Below are positions 9,498-16,689 of a stretch of DNA of 64,000 nt, in pieces. Location of the stretch: contig JAIELV010000001.1 in assembly GCA_019752595.1 (NCBI GenBank), forward strand, positions 553,209 through 617,208, written 5' to 3'. The notes beneath the pieces were generated by a model. That model worked only from the letters and a program-made list of their open reading frames with translations, was not told the origin of the DNA and made no database searches. Both the position numbers and the translations under genes were made by a program. How positions within the stretch are numbered: the stretch's first letter is position 1; every line of letters starts with the position of its first letter. Origin of the DNA: Patescibacteria group bacterium. GTDB lineage: Bacteria > Patescibacteriota > Minisyncoccia > Phycocordibacterales > Phycocordibacteraceae.

Positions 9498-10301
9498 TTA
9501 CTTCGCTTTTTTAGTTTGGGCGATCACTCCCATAGTGAGAATCATAACGTCCCCTGCGATGTCTCGCTCTTGCGCAAAACGCTCAATACTTCGAGTCCTG
9601 ATTTTGATCTGTGCCTTCTTCCATACGGATTCGATATCTCCTGCAAGACGTTTAGCAGCTTCTTCTGGTCTATCTGCCATGATGTCTGGTGACCGTTCTT
9701 GAAGTCGATCTCCGCGAATGTGTGGCAGTGCATACACATACAAGACAAGAGCGTGCTTAAAAAAGTCAGCTGGAACACCCGACAGTTCAGACTCCTCTGA
9801 AAAGAAATCAAGATTCGCTGAGTAAATAGGGATGCTTCCTTGGGGAGGCTTTTCGAAACCGTACCATTCAACACGTCCACCCTGTTCTTTCTGATCCATC
9901 TTTCTGCGCCATCGAATTCCCTTGCCGACTTTCTCTTTGAATTCGTCGAGGTTTGCAGCGAAATCGTTTTCTACGAGGTTATCATTCGCGCGTTGAGGGC
10001 GCGACACAATCCGTTTCGGTATGACGAAATGTGCATCCGCAAGTTCAGGATCATTGATATACGTTCGCGCGACATCAACCAAGGAACTCTTTCCAGCCCC
10101 TGAAGGACCTACGACTACAATTGCATCTATACGCTCTAAGGCTGCAAGTTTTTCAGGAGAATAATCTAAAAGAGAGTGATCCGTCTCTCCTTCAACGTGA
10201 CGCGCCATGTACCACATAGGCTTTATAAGGGCCGCACCTTCTGCTCCGCGCTTAAAGCCTTCTGCTCCGCGCTCTAAAATCGAACCTAGGGAGAGATCCA
10301 T
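9498..10301 (-). CDS. P-loop kinase, PhnN-like (ribose-1,5-bisphosphate phosphokinase / guanylate-kinase fold)
   Basis: Walker A VVVGPSGAGKSSL. Downstream block HFVIPKRIVSRPQRANDNLVENDFAANLDEF resembles PhnN [23 protein letters not shown]. Confidence 0.5.
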   Translation of the reverse strand: MDLSLGSILERGAEGFKRGAEGAALIKPMWYMARHVEGETDHSLLDYSPEKLAALERIDAIVVVGPSGAGKSSLVDVARTYINDPELADAHFVIPKRIVSRPQRANDNLVENDFAANLDEFKEKVGKGIRWRRKMDQKEQGGRVEWYGFEKPPQGSIPIYSANLDFFSEESELSGVPADFFKHALVLYVYALPHIRGDRLQERSPDIMADRPEEAAKRLAGDIESVWKKAQIKIRTRSIERFAQERDIAGDVMILTMGVIAQTKKAK

Positions 10302-10315
10302 AAAATTTTTTGTAG

Positions 10316-10389
10316 TCCGCCCTCTTGGACTCGAACCAAGGACCCCAGAGGTATAAGCTCTGTGCTCTAACCAACTGAGCTAAGGGCGG
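10316..10389 (-). tRNA. tRNA with anticodon TAT (tRNA-Ile, UAU), 74 nt, CCA not encoded
   Basis: CCGCCCT acceptor, GCTC-AGTTGGTTA-GAGC D-arm, CAGAG-CTTATAC-CTCTG anticodon arm, CTTGG-TTCGAGT-CCAAG T-arm, discriminator A. Anticodon read directly from the reverse complement. Confidence 0.8.
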
Positions 10390-10446
10390 ATGGTAATTAC
10401 TATATATCCTTAAAACCGAGACGCAAAGAAGAACCTACACGGTTCA

Positions 10447-10851
10447 CTAACTCCTCACAAGCGCCTCTATTTTATTTTTCACCATATCGCGTACGGTGCG
10501 GTGGAATTCAATCGGGGTTCGCACAGCGTCAGGAACATCAGCCCACCGTTCTAGTTTTGATGAATTCTCTACGTATGCAGGCATCGGGTAGTCAGTGATA
10601 ACAATCACCTTGTCCGCACGTTCCACCATCTCTTTAGTAATTACTTTTCTTATTTTCTTAGACACATCAATACCAACTTCTTTCATCACCTCGACAACGA
10701 GTTCGGGTACTGACGGGTCATCCCCTTTTACGGAATTCGCCAAATCAACTCCCGCGCTCGTCGCGTCTTCTGTTCCTGTCATTGAGTTATAAAATCCTTC
10801 CGCCATCTGGCTTCGTCCTGCGTTCGCACGACAAATAAAAAGAACCTTCAT
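10447..10851 (-). CDS. Low-molecular-weight phosphotyrosine phosphatase family protein / thioredoxin-type arsenate reductase (ArsC-like)
   Basis: N-terminal VLFICRANAGRSQMAE is the CX5R(S) P-loop of the LMWP/ArsC family. Size 134 aa. Confidence 0.75.
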   Translation of the reverse strand: MKVLFICRANAGRSQMAEGFYNSMTGTEDATSAGVDLANSVKGDDPSVPELVVEVMKEVGIDVSKKIRKVITKEMVERADKVIVITDYPMPAYVENSSKLERWADVPDAVRTPIEFHRTVRDMVKNKIEALVRS

Positions 10852-10885
10852 TCCTTGTAGTATAGCTTTCTAAAAACATCTAAGC

Positions 10886-11062
10886 CTACTCAGCAAAACG
10901 TTCACGCCGAATGCTTTCCATAATTTTTTCTACAAACCAAGGATCATGCGGATAAGCAAACAATTCCTCTGGGAACGCCCTAGTAAATGCAGAACGCCCG
11001 TACATCTCTGGCTCTTTCGGAGCGCGGGGTACGAACGGAATCACATTCCCCTCTCGTGCCAT
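10886..11062 (-). CDS. Small hypothetical ORF (58 aa) downstream of ftsH. Below the size cut-off of the ORF track.
   Basis: ATG...TAG open frame MAREGNVIPFVPRAPKEPEMYGRSAFTRAFPEELFAYPHDPWFVEKIMESIRRERFAE found by hand translation. No family recognised. Confidence 0.2.
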   Translation of the reverse strand: MAREGNVIPFVPRAPKEPEMYGRSAFTRAFPEELFAYPHDPWFVEKIMESIRRERFAE

Positions 11063-11092
11063 ACCTTCAAGGTACGCCTAGAGAGGTTGCCG

Positions 11093-13054
11093 TCAAGCCT
11101 GATGCTCTATGTCTTTTTTCACCTTCGGCGTAATGCCGTTTGCAATCAAAATCTTTTCAAATTCGTCTCGCTCAAGGGTTTCAACTTCCATCAATCGGGC
11201 AGCAATGGCATCGAGAAGTTTTCGTTCTTTCGTAATAATGTCGTGTGCCTTTTTGTATGAGCCGTCGATAATTTTCTTCACTTCGGCGTCAATCTTTGCG
11301 GAAATTTCATCCGAGTATTCTTTGTCGGATACACCACGACCGAAGAGCGTTCTACCGCCCTCACCTTCAAGTGCCATCGGGCCAAGCTCATCAGACATAC
11401 CGTACTTCGTCACCATGTCACGCGCCAAAGCCGAAAGAACTTGAAGATCGTTTGACGGGCCCGTGGTCAAATCCTTAAAGACCTCTTTCTCCGCAATGTA
11501 ACCGCCGAGTGATACTGCAATGTCGTCGAGGAATTCATTCTTCGATTGCATCTTTGTATCTTCCAAAGGAAGTTTCAGTGTGTATCCAGCAGCGCGACCG
11601 CGGGAAATGATTGAGATTTTATGTACAGGATCAGCGTACGGAAGGATGGACGCAACAATCGCGTGGCCCGCTTCGTGATACGCGGTGATTTCTTTTTCTT
11701 TTCTGTTCAACACATGACTCTTCCTTTCGGGACCGAGCATCACTTTCTCAATCGAGCGGATGAGGTCAAACTGCGCGACTGTCTTTCTGCTTTCGCGCGC
11801 AGCAAGAATTGCGCCTTCGTTCATGAGCGAGTACAAATCGGCACCTGAAAATCCTGGCGTGCGCTCTGCAATAACAAGAAGGTTTACATCTTCTGCCAAC
11901 GGTTTTTTACGTGCGTGCACTTTCAGTATCGCTTCGCGGTCGCTCCTGTCAGGCAAATCAATCATCACGCGTCTGTCGAAACGGCCTGGGCGCAAAAGTG
12001 CGGGGTCCAAAACATCAGGACGGTTTGTTGCCGCCATGACAATTACTTTCTCGTTCGGTTCAAAGCCGTCCATCTCAACCAAAATCTGATTCAACGTTTG
12101 TTCGCGCTCATCATTACCACCACCGACACCTGTTCCGCGTACGCGGCCTACGGCATCAATTTCGTCCACGAATATAATGGCTGGCGCCGCGTGCTTAGCC
12201 ATATGGAAAAGGTCGCGCACGCGGCTTGCACCAACACCAACAAACATTTCGACGAACTCAGAACCTGAAATAGAGAAGAACGGCACACCTGCTTCGCCCG
12301 CAACCGCGCGGCCCAAGAGTGTCTTCCCTGTTCCTGGAGCACCCATGAGAAGTACGCCTTTCGGAATGCGTGCGCCAATGTCGAGGAATTTTTTAGGATT
12401 TTTGAGGAAGTCGACGATTTCAGTCAGCTCTTCTTTTGCTTCTTTTGCACCCGCAACATCGGCAAATGTGATTCTCTGTGTTGCGTCTCTTGGATCCACC
12501 ATGCGAGCTTTTGATTGCCCGAAGGTAAATGCTTGCATACCGCCCTGCTTTACTTGCTTCGACAAAAACCAAATAAAGACACCGATCAAAATAAGTGGCA
12601 AGAGAATTGGCGCGAGGTTGAAGAACCAGTATTTAAATCCTGTCTCATCCTTCACTTCTATTTTTACTTTCGCCAAAGCTTCAGGTGTGATGCCGTAGTA
12701 CGAAAGCGTTTCAGACAGTGCGACGTCCGTTTCTTTTTTACTCTTCTTTTTTACATCTTCCGCGTACGTAGCGGTCAGTGTATTTCCTTCAACCAAAACT
12801 TCCTGCACTAATCCTGATTGAATATCGTTTGCAAGAACGGAAAGCGCAATGTCTTCTGGTTTCTGCTGAGGTGCAAAGAAAAATGAGTACAGCGTGTAGA
12901 GAATTAGTACCGCGAGAAAAACGCTGGTCATGTTGCCCCACCAATCTCCTTTTGGCGGTGTCGGCATTTTCTTAAAAAAACCTTCCAATTCGGTTTTTTT
13001 CTTGTGCTGTTTTGATTTTTCGGTCATTTTTTCTGGTGCTTTGTTTTTGGGCAT
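11093..13054 (-). CDS. ftsH: ATP-dependent zinc metalloprotease FtsH
   Basis: Two N-terminal TM segments. AAA module [23 protein letters not shown], second region of homology. M41 protease HEAGHAIV. Confidence 0.95.
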   Translation of the reverse strand: MPKNKAPEKMTEKSKQHKKKTELEGFFKKMPTPPKGDWWGNMTSVFLAVLILYTLYSFFFAPQQKPEDIALSVLANDIQSGLVQEVLVEGNTLTATYAEDVKKKSKKETDVALSETLSYYGITPEALAKVKIEVKDETGFKYWFFNLAPILLPLILIGVFIWFLSKQVKQGGMQAFTFGQSKARMVDPRDATQRITFADVAGAKEAKEELTEIVDFLKNPKKFLDIGARIPKGVLLMGAPGTGKTLLGRAVAGEAGVPFFSISGSEFVEMFVGVGASRVRDLFHMAKHAAPAIIFVDEIDAVGRVRGTGVGGGNDEREQTLNQILVEMDGFEPNEKVIVMAATNRPDVLDPALLRPGRFDRRVMIDLPDRSDREAILKVHARKKPLAEDVNLLVIAERTPGFSGADLYSLMNEGAILAARESRKTVAQFDLIRSIEKVMLGPERKSHVLNRKEKEITAYHEAGHAIVASILPYADPVHKISIISRGRAAGYTLKLPLEDTKMQSKNEFLDDIAVSLGGYIAEKEVFKDLTTGPSNDLQVLSALARDMVTKYGMSDELGPMALEGEGGRTLFGRGVSDKEYSDEISAKIDAEVKKIIDGSYKKAHDIITKERKLLDAIAARLMEVETLERDEFEKILIANGITPKVKKDIEHQA

Positions 13055-13159
13055 GAAAATGGTTGTCGCGGTATTATATCTTAGAAGCCTTTACGCGCGA
13101 AGCGCGTTAGGGCTTCTTAGATGCCGAAGAGTATACTTCGGCGCTGACTAAATTATGTT

Positions 13160-13609
13160 ATGGGCGCACTTGTCGAAAATAAAAAAGCAAGACTCGAATA
13201 CGAAATCCTGGAATCATTCGAAGCAGGAATGCAGCTTTTCGGCTACGAAGTGAAGGCGCTTCGCATGGGGAGAGCATCCCTCGTCGGTTCGCGCGTCGTG
13301 GTGCGTGCAGGTGAAGCGTTTCTCGTTGGCGCCACTATCTCTCCGTACCAAGAAAAAAACACACCCAAAACATATGACGCTGAACGCACACGCCGCTTAC
13401 TGCTCTCGAAGAAAGAGATTGCTGATTTAGGAGATACTGAGGGGAAAAAAGGGTTGACAATTATACCTATCATGGTGTATAATAAGAGGAACAGGCTGAA
13501 ACTCCAGGTCGCTATCGTTCGTCATAAGAAAAAACATGACAAACGTGAGACACTCAAAGACCGCGACACCAAACGGATTATCGACCGCACCTTGAAAAAT
13601 CAATATTAG
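13160..13609 (+). CDS. smpB: SsrA-binding protein SmpB
   Basis: Conserved SmpB core (NKKARLEYEILESFEAGMQLFGYEVKALR...) and basic C-terminal tail. Followed by tmRNA. Confidence 0.9.
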   Translation: MGALVENKKARLEYEILESFEAGMQLFGYEVKALRMGRASLVGSRVVVRAGEAFLVGATISPYQEKNTPKTYDAERTRRLLLSKKEIADLGDTEGKKGLTIIPIMVYNKRNRLKLQVAIVRHKKKHDKRETLKDRDTKRIIDRTLKNQY

Positions 13610-13772
13610 GACCCATTCCCGAATCTGCTTTCGAAAAGCGAGATGTCGGTTTTTCGCAGCGAGAATGCTCGGCGCAGGCTGAAGCGTACCTTAGGTTACG
13701 CTGAAAACGAGCCGTTAGCGTTCGTAGCAGAAAAACAACATTGAGCCGAAATGAGATTCGGGAATGGGTCCT
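13608..13772. repeat. ~165-bp element bounded by perfect 18-bp inverted repeats AGGACCCATTCCCGAATC / GATTCGGGAATGGGTCCT
   Basis: Left arm 13608..13625 overlaps the smpB stop. Right arm 13755..13772. Arms are exact reverse complements enclosing ~129 nt with internal short hairpins. Confidence 0.4.
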
Positions 13773-13868
13773 CTCACTGTTAGAAAGACAGTCCTTCCCC
13801 GCACACTAATTTTTGAATAGCACCTTGTGCGTTTCGGCAAGCCGAAACAATCCAAAATTTAGTGTGCG

Positions 13869-14236
13869 GGGGATGATTTGATTCGACAGTGGGTCACGCT
13901 ATATACATGCGAAACGGTGAATGTTGGAGAACACCTAAAATCTCGAACAACAAACGTGTAAGAACGTCTGTACCGTCCTACTCCCTCGCGGAGATGGATC
14001 TCGCTTACGCTAACGCCTAAGCGGCGCCAAACTTTCAACGCCTTATAGAAAGTTCTTGGTGTCATAACATAAGGCTCTAAGAAATCGATTGCTCACCGAT
14101 TTCTCAAACTTACGAGCTCGACTGTGCGCGCTTTCGTTCGTTTCTTAACGCACCGTCTAAAACCCAAAAGCGAACTAGGTTCCGTAGATTGTACTAGCAA
14201 CACTCATTGGACGGGGTTTCAACACCCCCATCTCCA
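13869..14236 (+). ncRNA. ssrA: tmRNA (ssrA), standard one-piece, ~368 nt
   Basis: 5' GGGGATGATTTGATTCGACAGTGGG and 3' TTGGACGGGGTTTCAACACCCCCATCTCCA match the tRNA-like domain consensus. Acceptor GGGGATG pairs with CATCTCC. Sits directly downstream of smpB. A possible tag frame ends ...AEMDLAYANA-TAA at 14018..14020, but this is uncertain. Confidence 0.8.
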
Positions 14237-14240
14237 CAGA

Positions 14241-14270
14241 AAAATAACCCCCCTACGGGGTTATTTTATT
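14241..14270 (+). terminator. Rho-independent terminator after ssrA (TAACCCC-CCTAC-GGGGTTA followed by TTTTATT)
   Basis: 7-bp GC-rich stem followed by a T-run immediately after the tmRNA 3' end. Confidence 0.7.
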
Positions 14271-14369
14271 TAGGGCGCGACCGAGCGAAGAGCGAGGAAG
14301 TACTGAGGCCAGCAGGCCGAGTGTGGTTTTGCCTTTTCTCCTTATATAGGCTACTCTAAATGAAACATT

Positions 14370-14993
14370 TTGAAACCCCGAGTACGCATCAATAACGAAA
14401 TTCGAGCCAAAGAACTCCGCGTCATCAAAGACGACGGTGGCAACCTTGGCGTCATCTCTACCGAAGAGGCTTTGAGGGTCGCAAAAGAGCTGGGATTGGA
14501 CTTAATCGAGATATCTCCTGGGGCCGTCCCTCCCGTTGCGAAAATAATGGATTATGGTAAATTTCAATATCTTGAGCAGAAAAAAGACCGAGAAATCAAG
14601 GCTAAATCCCACGTTACCGAGACCAAATCAGTACAGGTCGAAGTAGGCACTGGAGAGAACGACTTGATGCGAAAGGCCCGCCAGGCCGCAGGTTGGCTCA
14701 AGGACGGACACCGCGTCCGTATAGAGCTCTTTTTGAAAGGTAGGTACAAATACATGGATCCAGCGTTCCTCAAAGAGCGCCTCCAGAGATTCGTACTTTT
14801 GGTGCCCGAGGACTACAAGATTGCGGAAGCAGTCACCAAAGGTCCAAAAGGATTCACCACGATTATCGAGCGCGCAGGAAAAGGACCGAAGAAAGACGCT
14901 CCTATGTCTTCCCCCGCCTCTTCCCCTGCTCCCGCTAAGCCCGTCGTAAAACAAGAACCCAAACCCGAACAACCGAAACATGAAAACAAATAA
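14370..14993 (+). CDS. infC: Translation initiation factor IF-3, with a Pro/Lys/Ala-rich C-terminal extension. Non-AUG start (TTG at 14370; an in-frame ATT at 14367 is an alternative).
   Basis: RINNEIRAKELRVI...LGLDLIEISPGAVPPVAKIMDYGKFQY is the IF-3 N- and C-domain core. Followed by rpmI and rplT in the canonical operon order. Confidence 0.9.
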   Translation: MKPRVRINNEIRAKELRVIKDDGGNLGVISTEEALRVAKELGLDLIEISPGAVPPVAKIMDYGKFQYLEQKKDREIKAKSHVTETKSVQVEVGTGENDLMRKARQAAGWLKDGHRVRIELFLKGRYKYMDPAFLKERLQRFVLLVPEDYKIAEAVTKGPKGFTTIIERAGKGPKKDAPMSSPASSPAPAKPVVKQEPKPEQPKHENK

Positions 14994-15165
14994 GTCATAC
15001 ACGAAACGCTTGAAAGTAACCCGTAAGGGCAAATTGATTGCGCGCATGGCTGGCCAGAACCATTTCAATGCAAAAGAAGGAAGAAAGACTCGCACCAAGA
15101 AAGGCCGCACGACTGCGGTTGTGATGAACGCAGGAGATCGCGCACGCTTTCTTGCAGGTTCATAG
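14980..15165 (+). CDS. rpmI: 50S ribosomal protein L35
   Basis: 61-aa highly basic protein between infC and rplT. The KRLKVTRKGKLIAR...RKTRTKKGR pattern fits bL35. Overlaps the infC 3' end by 14 nt. Confidence 0.8.
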   Translation: MKTNKSYTKRLKVTRKGKLIARMAGQNHFNAKEGRKTRTKKGRTTAVVMNAGDRARFLAGS

Positions 15166-15170
15166 TTCTT

Positions 15171-15254
15171 AGAAAATCTTATGAGCATAGCGATGTAGAT
15201 TTTCTTAGACCCCGCCCTCTGAGCACCTGAACTTCGAGAGCAAAGAGGGCGGGG
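15171..15254. repeat. Palindromic element copy A: TTAGAAAATCTTA...AGATTTTCTTAGACCCCGCCCTCT-(23 nt)-AGAGGGCGGGG
   Basis: 11-bp GC-rich stem CCCCGCCCTCT/AGAGGGCGGGG (15210..15220 and 15244..15254), preceded by the inverted repeat AGAAAATCT/AGATTTTCT. Near-identical flank and stem at 34771..34867. Confidence 0.5.
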
Positions 15255-15297
15255 TGGAAGATTTTTTAATTCATTTCATTCATAACAAAATCTAACC

Positions 15298-15648
15298 ATG
15301 GCACGCACCAAAGGAGGAGTAAAACCAAGTAAGAAAAGGAAGAGCATCCTTAAGGCCGCAAAAGGCTTCCGTTTCGGACGCTCTAAGAAGAAACGATCCG
15401 CTTTGGACGCCCTCAAGCACGCTGGCAAATACGCATTCCGCGACCGAAGAGCTAAGAAGCGCAGTATGCGCGGCCTCCACATCGTCCGCATCAATGCAGC
15501 GCTTCGCGCAAACGGTTTCAAAAACTACAGCTCATTCATCGGCGCTTTGAAGAAAGCAAAAATTGACCTCGACCGCAAAGTGCTCTCACAGCTTGCCGAG
15601 CTCCATCCCGCGGCATTTGAACGCCTTGTAAAGAAAGTCGCCGCTTAA
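15298..15648 (+). CDS. rplT: 50S ribosomal protein L20
   Basis: [31 protein letters not shown]...[19 protein letters not shown] is the canonical bL20. Confidence 0.95.
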   Translation: MARTKGGVKPSKKRKSILKAAKGFRFGRSKKKRSALDALKHAGKYAFRDRRAKKRSMRGLHIVRINAALRANGFKNYSSFIGALKKAKIDLDRKVLSQLAELHPAAFERLVKKVAA

Positions 15649-15656
15649 ATTTCAAC

Positions 15657-15686
15657 TTCCCCGCTCACGCGGGGATTTTGCTTTTT
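15657..15686 (+). terminator. Rho-independent terminator after rplT (CCCCGC-TCAC-GCGGGG followed by ATTTTGCTTTTT)
   Basis: 6-bp GC stem followed by a T-rich tract directly downstream of the rplT stop. Confidence 0.65.
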
Positions 15687-15699
15687 ATACTTTTCGTGC

Positions 15700-15705
15700 T
15701 ATAAT
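15700..15705 (+). promoter_or_regulatory. Consensus -10 box TATAAT, 9 nt upstream of the 15715 ATG (implies a leaderless or near-leaderless mRNA)
   Basis: cgtgcTATAATgcgataagtATGg. Located right after the rplT terminator. Confidence 0.4.
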
Positions 15706-15714
15706 GCGATAAGT

Positions 15715-16260
15715 ATGGTATTTGGACGAGAGCGAGTCAGAGCGGGTCGCGCCTTCGGAACGAGGGCGTTTTTAACTGTTGTATCACTCTTTGCTACTGC
15801 CACTCTAACCACTCCCGCACGAGCACAGGAGGCTTCCGAGCCTAGCAACGTAGTTGCACTAGAAGGCGTGGACTTTACAGATAGAACGATCTCCTCTTTC
15901 GCACCTTTAGGAGCTACGTTTGCAGACGTGCCACGACTCAACTTAGGAGAGACACCTCGAACAAGAGACGAGAGCGAAGGACCAGGAGAAGATGAAATTA
16001 TTGTAACCGCGCAGAGAGAGGAGGGTTTTGCAGTTGCTCCTCACCCAGACGATTTAGTTGACCCCTTTGAAAGATTGGGCATGAGGACAAATCACAATCT
16101 AGAAAACGAAGGTCTTGACGAGAGATTTATTCGACCAGAAGACAGAGAAGGTTGGAGAGGAGTAGATGTGAGTCTTCTGAATACAGGCCGTTTTTCTATT
16201 GAAGCACAGGTAAAACGCGGTGCTGGATTTGAATTTACATATCATTTCGGAAGAGATTAA
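15715..16260 (+). CDS. Hypothetical secreted protein (N-terminal signal peptide ...VVSLFATATLTTPARAQE), acidic, 181 aa
   Basis: ORF with hydrophobic signal-like N-terminus and AXA cleavage-like site. Own -10 box and preceding terminator. No family recognised. Confidence 0.4.
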   Translation: MVFGRERVRAGRAFGTRAFLTVVSLFATATLTTPARAQEASEPSNVVALEGVDFTDRTISSFAPLGATFADVPRLNLGETPRTRDESEGPGEDEIIVTAQREEGFAVAPHPDDLVDPFERLGMRTNHNLENEGLDERFIRPEDREGWRGVDVSLLNTGRFSIEAQVKRGAGFEFTYHFGRD

Positions 16261-16289
16261 TTGTCAGTTTCGTAGCCCTTATAATTTTT

Positions 16290-16688
16290 TTGCATTCAAA
16301 ACTTCTTTCAGGTATAGTCCTACTTTCTATGCAAGAAGCAAAAAGCCACACTGAAACGGGAGACGCGGAGCACGGTCACAACGGGCCATTCTGTCACTAC
16401 TGCATGGGGCAAGGTGTCGGGAAAGAAGGAGAAGTTCCTGCAGAAGCAAACGGAGTATTATGCAGAACGCATTTGAATGACCCTCACATATTCGGCTTCT
16501 ACGAAGTAGAACTCGAGGGAACAGACTTTAGCGATCAATTGAGCCTTGAGATGCAGCAGTTGGTTGCAAGCGGTTTTATAGAACGCGGGCGCGCTGAACT
16601 TAATGCAACTCTCGCCCGTATGGAAGCTGAAAAAGTTCAGGTGACTGTAGTACCGCGGAGAACTCCACGAATGCGGTCTGGTCAGTAA
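16290..16688 (+). CDS. Hypothetical protein, 132 aa. Cys/His-containing: HGHNGPFCHYCMGQG.
   Basis: ORF co-directional with and 30 nt downstream of the 15715 ORF. No family recognised. Confidence 0.35.
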   Translation: MHSKLLSGIVLLSMQEAKSHTETGDAEHGHNGPFCHYCMGQGVGKEGEVPAEANGVLCRTHLNDPHIFGFYEVELEGTDFSDQLSLEMQQLVASGFIERGRAELNATLARMEAEKVQVTVVPRRTPRMRSGQ

Positions 16689-16689
16689 T

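Noticed and set aside
13859-14065. 68-aa minus-strand ORF
   Set aside because: Lies entirely inside the tmRNA gene. Treated as a chance frame.
14628-15188. 186-aa minus-strand ORF
   Set aside because: Antisense to infC and rpmI, which have unambiguous homology.
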